A stretch of DNA of 64,000 nt from a virus (taxonomy: Duplodnaviria; Heunggongvirae; Uroviricota; Caudoviricetes; Crassvirales): the IMG/VR virus record IMGVR_UViG_3300029521_000003. One strand, given 5' to 3'. This document shows, in pieces, positions 25,078 to 32,739 of this stretch (positions within the stretch are counted from its first letter, which is position 1; every line of letters begins with the position of its first letter). The translations under genes and the position numbers were made by a program. Under the pieces are notes generated by a model, which worked only from the letters and a program-made list of their open reading frames with translations, was not told the origin of the DNA and ran no database searches.

Positions 25078-27395
25078 TTTATGTAGTGACTCAACAGATA
25101 CTACCTGAATCTGACAATTATGAGATAATATCTCCACAAGCTGCATTACACATGCTTAAACCTCTTAGAAAGGTTGGCTTAGATACTGAAACCAAAGGGT
25201 TTGACCCATATACAAAAGAACTCATAATGCTCCAGTTGGGGTGTTATGAGTTCCAAGTAGTCATTGATGTGACTACTGTAAGTCTGAGTTTCTTTAAGGA
25301 CTATCTTGAATCTGATAGACTATTTATTGGTTGGAATATCAAGTTTGACTTGAAGTTCTTATTCCATCAAAGAGTGGTTGTAAAACAGGTTTATGATGGT
25401 TTCTTGGCAGAGAAACTTATGTATATGGGCTTTCCTGTTGGTATTCATTCTATGGCTTTGAAAGCAGCAGGGCAGAATTATCTTGGTGTTGAATTGGATA
25501 AGACTGTTCGGGGTAAAGTGATGTGGGCTGGTCTTTCAGAGGATGTTATTGAGTATGGTGCAAATGATGTGAAATATCTGGAAAGGATAATGGATGCACA
25601 AGAAAAAGAACTCCAGAAGAGAGGATTAGTTACAGCTCTTGTGTATGAGAATAAGTCTGTTCCTTGGGTTGCATATACTGAATATTGTGGTGTGTTATTA
25701 GACAGAAGCAAATGGGAAAGAAAGATGCTTCTTGATAATTTCACTGTCAAAGTATTTGAGGATGCACTCAGTAATTGGGTTATTAATTCAGCTAAGGGGG
25801 AGAATTATGCTTATCATTACTTGCAGATAGAAGGATGGGATGACCCTGATGACCTTGAAAAAGCAAGGAAAAAGATGAAGGGTGAAAGATGCCCAGAAGC
25901 AGATATTAAAGGACAAGAGAGAGGTTATTGTGAAGCATGGAAAGTTCCTATTGATGCAAGGCTGAGTACCAAGTATATAAAGGAAGACCTTCAAGGAGAC
26001 CTGTTTCTTGGCTTTCAAGACAAGACCCAATGTTTTATTAATTGGGATAGTCCTAAACAAGTAATTCCATTATTCAAATCATTAGGTTTTGATTTGTTGG
26101 CTAAAGATAAGGATACTGGTGAATGGAAGGATAGTATTGAGGCAAAAGTAATTGAACCTCAGCAAGATAAATCTACCATTGCATATCTGTATCTACAATA
26201 TAAGGCAGCCAAGAAGGTTACTTCTACTTATGGTCAGAATGTAATTAACCAGATAAATGAAAAGAGTGGTAGGTTACATACTAACTTTAATCAGTTAGGC
26301 ACAGATACAGGAAGATTAAGCTCAGGAGGTAAGGATAAATCAAACAATATTGAATATCTTAACTTTCAGAACTTCCCATCTGATAGTGAGACAAGAGCTT
26401 GTTTTGTTGCAGGAAAAGGAATGAAATGGATTTCTTGTGACTATAGTGGACAAGAGTCAAGAATCATTGCAGATGTAACCAATGACCCAGCTATGATTGA
26501 TTTGTTCAATAATGGTTGTGGTGATATTCACTCTCTGGTAGCCAAGATGTCTTATCCTGAGGTAATAGGTAATTGTCCTATAGAAGAGATAAAGTATAAG
26601 TTTAAACATTGGAGAAGTGAAGCTAAGGGTGTTGAATTTGCCATTAATTATGGTGGTGATGCCAACACTATTCATGGTAATAAAGGTATTCCTCTTGTAG
26701 AAGCCAATAAGATTTATAATAACTACATGAAAGGTTTTAAAGGTATGAAAGTGTATCAGGACAGGCAGAGAAAGTTTGTCATGGAACATGGATATATCAT
26801 TACTGACTTTTCAAGTGGAAGAAAGGCTTATATCTATGATTATGATATATTAATGGGTATAAAAGCAAGGTTCAATCAAGAGTATTGGGCTACTTATAAA
26901 CCTTATAAAGGCAAAGAGAACAAGTTGCTTCCTAAACAGGTAAAGAATGAATTATATCAGAGATTTGCCAGAGGAGACAGCTTCAATTCTATGGTAGGAG
27001 TATATCATTATACAACCAAAAAAGCAGGAAAAGATACTGTTAGAGAGGCTTATGTAAATATAGCTGATGTGTATGTGCATCCTGTAAGACACTTCTTCAA
27101 GAGGAAGTCTGCATCTGAAAAGCAAGCAATCAATTACCCTTGTCAAGGGTGTGGTGCTACCATGTTCAAGACTGCATCCATCTTCTTATGGGAATATCTT
27201 GTGGAGCATGATTTGTTATTCAAGATAAAACTGTGTATTCCAGCACATGATGAATGGAATATAGAGGTTCCAGAAGATATGGCTGATGAAATGACAGAGG
27301 TATTGAAGGATTGTATGAAGAGGGCAGGAGCTTTCTTCTGTAGAAAAGTAGAACTCCCTGCTGAGGGAGAACCAGCAGATTTTTGGATTCATTGA
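25074..27395 (+). CDS. DNA polymerase, family A (PolA-type) with 3'-5' exonuclease domain
   Basis: Exo I GLDTETKG (DxE). Exo III YGANDVKYL (YxxxD). Pol motif B RSEAKGVEFAINYGG (K....YG). Pol motif C IPAHDEW (HDE). 773 aa. Confidence 0.75.
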   Translation: MIYVVTQQILPESDNYEIISPQAALHMLKPLRKVGLDTETKGFDPYTKELIMLQLGCYEFQVVIDVTTVSLSFFKDYLESDRLFIGWNIKFDLKFLFHQRVVVKQVYDGFLAEKLMYMGFPVGIHSMALKAAGQNYLGVELDKTVRGKVMWAGLSEDVIEYGANDVKYLERIMDAQEKELQKRGLVTALVYENKSVPWVAYTEYCGVLLDRSKWERKMLLDNFTVKVFEDALSNWVINSAKGENYAYHYLQIEGWDDPDDLEKARKKMKGERCPEADIKGQERGYCEAWKVPIDARLSTKYIKEDLQGDLFLGFQDKTQCFINWDSPKQVIPLFKSLGFDLLAKDKDTGEWKDSIEAKVIEPQQDKSTIAYLYLQYKAAKKVTSTYGQNVINQINEKSGRLHTNFNQLGTDTGRLSSGGKDKSNNIEYLNFQNFPSDSETRACFVAGKGMKWISCDYSGQESRIIADVTNDPAMIDLFNNGCGDIHSLVAKMSYPEVIGNCPIEEIKYKFKHWRSEAKGVEFAINYGGDANTIHGNKGIPLVEANKIYNNYMKGFKGMKVYQDRQRKFVMEHGYIITDFSSGRKAYIYDYDILMGIKARFNQEYWATYKPYKGKENKLLPKQVKNELYQRFARGDSFNSMVGVYHYTTKKAGKDTVREAYVNIADVYVHPVRHFFKRKSASEKQAINYPCQGCGATMFKTASIFLWEYLVEHDLLFKIKLCIPAHDEWNIEVPEDMADEMTEVLKDCMKRAGAFFCRKVELPAEGEPADFWIH

Positions 27396-27396
27396 T

Positions 27397-27720
27397 ATGG
27401 AAGATTGGCAAGTTTTTGTTTTTACAGTGGTGGTGGTGATAGCACTAATTTGTGGTGCTACCTACCTTGCCCACTTGATAAACTGCAAAGAAAAAGAGAG
27501 AATCTATGTCTATCCTAAGACTAAAAATCAATACTATGCTAAAGGTGTAGTAAAGATGAAGGACACTGATAGTGGTGAATGGATAGATGCAGTTCTTTAT
27601 ATAAGCCTCAAGAATGGTAATTATTATGTCAGGGATAAGAGGCAATTCCTTGGCAAGTTTGTAACTTTAAAAGAATGGAAAAAGAATGGAGGAAATGATG
27701 AAGGCAGCAGAAGAACCTAA
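27397..27720 (+). CDS. small membrane protein
   Basis: N-terminal TM helix. 107 aa. Confidence 0.4.
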   Translation: MEDWQVFVFTVVVVIALICGATYLAHLINCKEKERIYVYPKTKNQYYAKGVVKMKDTDSGEWIDAVLYISLKNGNYYVRDKRQFLGKFVTLKEWKKNGGNDEGSRRT

Positions 27721-28012
27721 GTTACCAGAATCAGCTAATCACTTTAAAGAGATAGTAAAAGGAATGATTTCTACTTATGTTAGAAAGAATCATGACTATG
27801 GTAATTCCTTTGAAGTATCTATGAATGAAGAGGGTCTTGCTGCTGCAAGAATAAGACTGGGTGATAAATGGCTAAGATTCAAACAGTTATCTAAAGGTGA
27901 GAAGGCTCTTGTAAAGGATGAATCTATTAGAGATACATTGCTTGATATGGCTAATTATGCTATTATGACAGTAATGTGGATGGATAATCAGAATAAAACT
28001 TGTAAAGCATGA
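27686..28012 (+). CDS. hypothetical protein (weak resemblance to all-alpha NTP pyrophosphohydrolases)
   Basis: 108 aa, predicted helical, with charged clusters (KNHDYGNSFE, LGDKWLR, DESIRDTLLDMANYAI). The canonical MazG ExxE motif is not clearly present. Confidence 0.3.
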   Translation: MEEMMKAAEEPKLPESANHFKEIVKGMISTYVRKNHDYGNSFEVSMNEEGLAAARIRLGDKWLRFKQLSKGEKALVKDESIRDTLLDMANYAIMTVMWMDNQNKTCKA

Positions 28013-28431
28013 TTATAGCAGTAGATTTTGATGGAACCTGTGTCACACATGAGTTTCCATATGTAGGAAAAGAAATAGGAGCAGCAGAAGTCTTGAAAGA
28101 ATTGACTGATAAAGGTCATAAGATTATACTGTTCACTATGAGAAGCCATCCTGAGGAGATAAACCAGAATAGAACTATTGGTGGGGATATTATTAGTAAT
28201 GACACTCTACAAGATGCAATAGACTGGTTTAAGAAACATGATATTCCTTTGTTTGGTGTAAATGAAAACCCAACTCAAAAGGATTGGTCCTCTTCACCTA
28301 AACCTTATGCTCACATCTATATTGATGATGCAGCTTTAGGAGTTCCCTTGAAGAAGGATTCTCTTTCAGAGAAACCTTATGTGGATTGGGATATAGTTAG
28401 ATATTATCTTCATGCAAAGAGTATATTATGA
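28009..28431 (+). CDS. HAD-superfamily phosphatase (putative nucleotidase)
   Basis: HAD motif I MIIAVDFDGTCV (DxDGT) at the N-terminus. Motif IV HIYIDDAA near the C-terminus. 140 aa. Confidence 0.5.
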   Translation: MIIAVDFDGTCVTHEFPYVGKEIGAAEVLKELTDKGHKIILFTMRSHPEEINQNRTIGGDIISNDTLQDAIDWFKKHDIPLFGVNENPTQKDWSSSPKPYAHIYIDDAALGVPLKKDSLSEKPYVDWDIVRYYLHAKSIL

Positions 28432-28697
28432 CAGAAAAACAGGAGAGATGGCAGAAAAGAAATAGGATACTTTGGAGATTAAAAGGGATAAGTATTCCTA
28501 CATATGGAACCAGTATATTAACTGCTACTGAAATTGAGAAGTTGTCACAAGCTTTTTCTTTAATTAGAGAGGTAGTAAAGGATTCAACTCAGTCCAGTAG
28601 AGAGTTAGGTTTCAATGCTATAGAGAGATGTAAGATTTGTGGCAAGCCTATGTATAAAAATGGCTTGTGTAAAAAGTGTTATTCTATAAATTATTAA
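28428..28697 (+). CDS. zinc-ribbon protein
   Basis: C-terminal CKICGKPMYKNGLCKKCY (CxxC-x9-CxxC). Confidence 0.4.
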   Translation: MTEKQERWQKRNRILWRLKGISIPTYGTSILTATEIEKLSQAFSLIREVVKDSTQSSRELGFNAIERCKICGKPMYKNGLCKKCYSINY

Positions 28698-28698
28698 T

Positions 28699-29013
28699 AT
28701 GGCAGGACAACAAGGAATTTATTGTGCCCCAGATAATATAGTCCCTAATAGGGATAGGGTAGATGTAGGTTGTGCTCCTGATGGAGCAATGCAACTCTGG
28801 GTTATGGAATATGAAGTTACTGGTATAGGTAAGGGATGTGCAATGTGTAAGGCTATTAATCCTCAACAAGCAGAGATGCTCTTGAAGAGTAATGGTATAT
28901 ACAATGGTAGTTCATATCTGTATAAAGTAACAAGAATTGAGCAGGTTATTGTACCTCCTTGTAATGGTCTTATGGCTGAACAAGTGGTAACTTATAAAGA
29001 TGTAGTGTCATGA
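28699..29013 (+). CDS. hypothetical protein
   Basis: 104-aa ORF, tightly packed between neighbours. Confidence 0.4.
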   Translation: MAGQQGIYCAPDNIVPNRDRVDVGCAPDGAMQLWVMEYEVTGIGKGCAMCKAINPQQAEMLLKSNGIYNGSSYLYKVTRIEQVIVPPCNGLMAEQVVTYKDVVS

Positions 29014-29552
29014 ATAAGAAACTTAGGTTATTAGTAACAACTAAATGTCCTAACAAATGTCCCATGTGTTGTAATAACTCATGGGATTTTTCATCTTTAC
29101 CAGTAGTGGATAGATGGGACTATGAAGAGATAATGATAACTGGAGGAGAACCTTTAATTCACACTAATAAAGTAGCTGAATTAATAAGGTCTATTCGAGT
29201 TATTAGTGAAGTTTATACAGATATTCCAAAGGTATATGTGTACACTTCAATAGCTGCTTGGAACAGATTAAGGACTATATTAGCTTATGCAGATGGTGTA
29301 GTCTTGACTCCTCACAGTCAGATTGATATTGATAGGTTTGTGGAACTGAACAGTATGATGCAAGAGGTTAAGGAAACTAAATCTGATTTCATTAAAGGGA
29401 AATCTCTTAGACTTAATCTCTTTGCTGATATGAAACTTCTCCTTCCTGAGCACATTGATTTGTCACTGTGGAATATCAAGGAAATGGAGTGGGTAAAGGA
29501 TTGTCCAGTACCACAGGGTGAAGATTTCAGAAGGATTAAGGAACTTTGGTGA
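29010..29552 (+). CDS. radical SAM enzyme, organic-radical-activating family (NrdG/QueE-like)
   Basis: CxxxCxxC cluster TTKCPNKCPMCCNNSW at nt 29046-29069, similar to T4 NrdG VTGCLHKCEGCYNRSTW. SAM-binding glycine motif IMITGGEPL (T4 NrdG LTLTGGDPL). 180 aa. Confidence 0.55.
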   Translation: MNKKLRLLVTTKCPNKCPMCCNNSWDFSSLPVVDRWDYEEIMITGGEPLIHTNKVAELIRSIRVISEVYTDIPKVYVYTSIAAWNRLRTILAYADGVVLTPHSQIDIDRFVELNSMMQEVKETKSDFIKGKSLRLNLFADMKLLLPEHIDLSLWNIKEMEWVKDCPVPQGEDFRRIKELW

Positions 29553-29992
29553 TGAAGCAATTTACACATAGAGAGTTTGTTAGGGTGGTAGTAGCCAATG
29601 GTTTCTATTATGACAGACATAATGGAGACCATGCTATCTACCTTAATGAAAAAGGCAGACATATTAGCATCCCATTAAAACTTGAAAGTGTTATTGCTCG
29701 AAGACTTATAAAAGAAAATAATTTAGAGACAGATATTAAGAAACTTAAAAAGGAAAAGAGAATGAACAATGCACCATTAGGGGCTGATGAAGACCCCAGA
29801 GCACCTTGGAACCAACCTCTTGATGTAAAGCATAAGAGGTTTGTGAGTGTAACCATATCATATTATGATGAGGTTGAATTACCTCCAGATGCAGAGGAGG
29901 AACAGATTAATGAAGCCTTTCATAAAAAGGTAGAAGATGCTGAGTTTCCTAAAGAGTTTGATATTGATGAAGTTGTAGTAATAGATGATTAA
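29552..29992 (+). CDS. HicA-like mRNA interferase domain fused to a C-terminal acidic extension
   Basis: MKQFTHREFVRVVVANGFYYDRHNGDHAIYLNEKGRHISIPLKLESVIARRLIKENNLE aligns along the length of E. coli HicA (MKQSEFRRWLESQGV...GSNHLKL...GRRSVMPRHP...LRKAILKQLGL), including the catalytic His. The track ORF starts at TTG 29546; ATG 29552 gives a TGATG overlap with the upstream gene. Confidence 0.55.
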   Translation: MKQFTHREFVRVVVANGFYYDRHNGDHAIYLNEKGRHISIPLKLESVIARRLIKENNLETDIKKLKKEKRMNNAPLGADEDPRAPWNQPLDVKHKRFVSVTISYYDEVELPPDAEEEQINEAFHKKVEDAEFPKEFDIDEVVVIDD

Positions 29993-29995
29993 AAT

Positions 29996-30931
29996 ATGAG
30001 ATTAATTAAACCAAGTTTTGAGATTTGGGACCAAGAAGGAGGTCTTGAAGGAATTTACAAACAGATTGAGAGAGCAGGTAGAGTGTGTTATAAATCAGAA
30101 GATAAGATAACAGAGGATTCTGCTGGAGAGTTTGTAAATAGGATGATTAAGTCAGGTCATGGTGCTATGTTAGAGCATGGCACTGTATATCTATTAGTTG
30201 GAGCAGAGGATGCAGATAAAGATATGAGATTGTGGGAATTAGCTAACAATAAATACAGTGAAATAGCTTTTGTTGCCTCCACTGGTTTGAACTATATCAC
30301 TACTAACTATAGAGTATTAGTTGAGAATGATTGGTTGGATTTGTTAAAATATCAATGTGAGCCTACAGAGTTCCATGAGAAGAGAATCACAGTTAAGTTT
30401 ATTTGTGATAGAGGAGTGTCCCATGAATTTGTAAGACATAGAGTGTTTAGTTTCGCTCAAGAAAGTACAAGGTATTGTAACTACTCAAAGAGTAAGTTTG
30501 GTAATGAGTGTACTTTTATCATCCCTAATTGGTTAGATGACTTTCCAGAATGTATAATTAGAGATTCTATTGGTGGATGTATGTGTGATAGTGATTACTA
30601 TAGAGAAAATATAGACGGAAGTTTTAGAGGAAATGTTACCTTTATGACACACACTAAGTATTTAATAGATTCTTTGTTTAGAGCTGAAAAAAGTTATAAT
30701 AACCTAATTAACTCTGGATGGAAACCACAAGAAGCAAGAGCAGTATTACCTAATTCACTTAAGACTGAATTAGTAATGACTGGTTTTACAAAGGACTGGG
30801 AACACTTCTTTAAGTTAAGAGATGCAGGTAGTGCCCATCCTCAAGCAAGAGAACTGGCACATCCATTACACATGGAGTTTTTGAGAAGAAATTATTTGGT
30901 GGATTTATATGATGAAGCCAATCCTGATTAA
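29996..30931 (+). CDS. thyX: flavin-dependent thymidylate synthase ThyX
   Basis: ThyX signature VSHEFVRHRVFSFAQESTRY (RHRxxSxxxxSxR). 311 aa. Confidence 0.75.
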   Translation: MRLIKPSFEIWDQEGGLEGIYKQIERAGRVCYKSEDKITEDSAGEFVNRMIKSGHGAMLEHGTVYLLVGAEDADKDMRLWELANNKYSEIAFVASTGLNYITTNYRVLVENDWLDLLKYQCEPTEFHEKRITVKFICDRGVSHEFVRHRVFSFAQESTRYCNYSKSKFGNECTFIIPNWLDDFPECIIRDSIGGCMCDSDYYRENIDGSFRGNVTFMTHTKYLIDSLFRAEKSYNNLINSGWKPQEARAVLPNSLKTELVMTGFTKDWEHFFKLRDAGSAHPQARELAHPLHMEFLRRNYLVDLYDEANPD

Positions 30932-30950
30932 TAACTAAAAAAAAAAAACA
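30929..30950 (+). promoter_or_regulatory. conserved A-run upstream element (TAATAACTAAAAAAAAAAAACA, then ATG)
   Basis: Between the thyX gene and the coiled-coil protein gene. Confidence 0.5.
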
Positions 30951-31187
30951 ATGGCATTTGGAAGTAAAAAGGAAATCACGAAGCCTTCATTTAAGGAAAG
31001 GCTGACTGGAGTAAAATCAATGTTTAAGAAAGCACATGAAGATGCTTCAAAACTAAGTGCAGAAATGCAGGCAGACATTGATAGTAAGAAACAAAAGGTA
31101 AAACTCCTTGAGGATGAAATAAGTTTCATCTCTGAAACTCAGAAAGAAGCTCAGGAGTTTATGTCAAATCTTGAAAAGTTCATTTAA
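30951..31187 (+). CDS. small coiled-coil protein
   Basis: 78 aa, K/E-rich heptad pattern. Preceded by the A-run element. Confidence 0.4.
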   Translation: MAFGSKKEITKPSFKERLTGVKSMFKKAHEDASKLSAEMQADIDSKKQKVKLLEDEISFISETQKEAQEFMSNLEKFI

Positions 31188-31960
31188 TGAGAACAAATTT
31201 AATTAAGACAAAAGAGCTACCTAAAGTAGTAGAGCCATCTACTACTGATGGTATGCTTGACATGGTAATTGCATTTGATACAACTGGCTCTATGTCAGCT
31301 TATATTAATGCAGTAAAGACTCATGTGAAAGAGTTGGTTCCCAAACTATTCAGCTCTAATCCTGATTTAAGGATTGGTATAGTAGCATTTGGTGACTATT
31401 GTGATATGAAGAGCAAGGATGACTTTGGTAGGGCTTATCAAGTATTAGACCTTACTGATGATGAAAACAAAATCATTCAGTTTATCAATAAAGCTCAGGA
31501 TACCTTTGGTGGAGATGGTGATGAATTCTATGAATTGGTCATCAAGAAAATCACTGAGGAAACTGCATGGAGAGAAGGTTCTACTAAGGCAGTATTATTA
31601 ATTGCTGATGCAGCACCTCACAAGGTAGGTTACAGCTACGAGGGTATTGTAAGTAATGCCCAGATTGATTGGAGAAAGGAAGCTGAGAAGGCAAGTAAAT
31701 TAGGTATCAAATTTGATACTATGACTATTGACCATAGGTATATTGAATGGTATAAAGAGCTTTCTGCCATGACAAATGGTGTAAGTGTTCCCTTCAAGAA
31801 TAGTAGCAAAACTTCTCAAGTAATTGAAGCTGCTGCATTAAGTAGAGGTGGAACAAGAACTAAAGATTTATATGAAGCTACTATGGATTCATTTGCAGCT
31901 ATGGGAGACATAGAAATGAGTATGGTATATACAGCTTATTCAAAAGAAGTAATAGATTAA
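31187..31960 (+). CDS. vWA-like domain protein (second copy)
   Basis: MVIAFDTTGSMSAY (DxTGS MIDAS-like), matching the same motif position as the 3540-4421 protein. Later LLIADAAPH. Confidence 0.4.
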   Translation: MRTNLIKTKELPKVVEPSTTDGMLDMVIAFDTTGSMSAYINAVKTHVKELVPKLFSSNPDLRIGIVAFGDYCDMKSKDDFGRAYQVLDLTDDENKIIQFINKAQDTFGGDGDEFYELVIKKITEETAWREGSTKAVLLIADAAPHKVGYSYEGIVSNAQIDWRKEAEKASKLGIKFDTMTIDHRYIEWYKELSAMTNGVSVPFKNSSKTSQVIEAAALSRGGTRTKDLYEATMDSFAAMGDIEMSMVYTAYSKEVID

Positions 31961-31972
31961 AATCAAGAACAA

Positions 31973-32599
31973 ATGAAAATCAATATTAAAGAGATAGCAG
32001 TAGGTGATGTATTCTCAGAAGAATCACATTACATTGTTGAAGAGATTGGTAAAGATACAATCAAATTCAAACATACAGAGAGTGGAAAGTCAGTGACATT
32101 AGGTTATGGTTATGTTCAAGACCTGCTTAATACTTCTGACCAGTATGACAAAGAAGTAAAAGTGACTAAGGAATATAAGAAAGATGGTACTCCGGGTATA
32201 AGGACAATCTTTGAGGGTATCAAATCTTCTGAGGTATTCACTGTTGTGTTTCAAAAGCAGGATAAGAATAAGACCAAGAGGCAATATGAAGCTGAAAGGG
32301 AAGCTCAAAGAGAAGAAGCTGTAGCTATTATTGACAAGGCTAAGAAGCAGAAGAAGTCAATGGCTGAGGCTTATAAACTTGCATTGGAACATATTCAGAA
32401 TAACCCTATTAAGGACTTCATTGAAGGAGAAGATAGGGTACTGAGAGGCTACAAGATGCAGTTTGTTTCCAGAGATGGTAAGTATAAATGTATGGATATG
32501 GATGTTGTAAGAGGTCCAAAGGAAACTGGTGAAAGACTGGTTAATATCAATACAATTAAGCAACTTATCTTCAATGGAGTTAAGTATGTAGTTGAGTAA
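31973..32599 (+). CDS. hypothetical protein
   Basis: 208 aa. Followed by a hairpin terminator. Confidence 0.45.
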   Translation: MKINIKEIAVGDVFSEESHYIVEEIGKDTIKFKHTESGKSVTLGYGYVQDLLNTSDQYDKEVKVTKEYKKDGTPGIRTIFEGIKSSEVFTVVFQKQDKNKTKRQYEAEREAQREEAVAIIDKAKKQKKSMAEAYKLALEHIQNNPIKDFIEGEDRVLRGYKMQFVSRDGKYKCMDMDVVRGPKETGERLVNINTIKQLIFNGVKYVVE

Positions 32600-32603
32600 C
32601 AGT

Positions 32604-32636
32604 TAGGGGAGCTAAGTCTCCCCTTTCTTATTTTTA
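32604..32636 (+). terminator. intrinsic terminator
   Basis: AGGGGAG-ctaagt-CTCCCCT hairpin followed by TTCTTATTTTT. Sits 5 nt after the stop of the 31973-32599 gene. Confidence 0.5.
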
Positions 32637-32674
32637 AAGAGTTTGGTTTACCTCTCAAAAAGAAAACCCTTAAT

Positions 32675-32715
32675 AACTTGCATATTAAGAAAACAACCTT
32701 TATATTTGCACATAA
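32675..32715 (+). promoter_or_regulatory. Bacteroidetes sigma-A-type promoter candidate upstream of the vRNAP gene
   Basis: -7 box TATATTTG (TAnnTTTG) at 32701-32708, with CTTG about 22 bp upstream. ATG at 32740. Follows the terminator at 32604-32636. Confidence 0.35.
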
Positions 32716-32739
32716 ATTTAATTATAAATCTATAACAAG

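Noticed and set aside
25074-27395. Intein or group I intron insertions in the PolA, RNR or giant protein genes (common in crAss-like phages)
   Set aside because: Polymerase and RNR motifs occur in normal order and spacing in continuous ORFs of expected length. The GIY-YIG gene is free-standing between genes, not inside one.
27686-28012. Calling this 108-aa protein a MazG/MazZ pyrophosphatase
   Set aside because: It is helical and charged but lacks a clear ExxE...ExxD MazG signature. It is kept as hypothetical, with only a note in the PurZ finding.
61-30950. The A10-13 runs as programmed ribosomal slippage sites or as sequencing homopolymer artefacts
   Set aside because: All five lie upstream of start codons in intergenic or overlap positions, not inside reading frames, and their 5' flanks are conserved (ACTA). 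A regulatory element is the more economical explanation.
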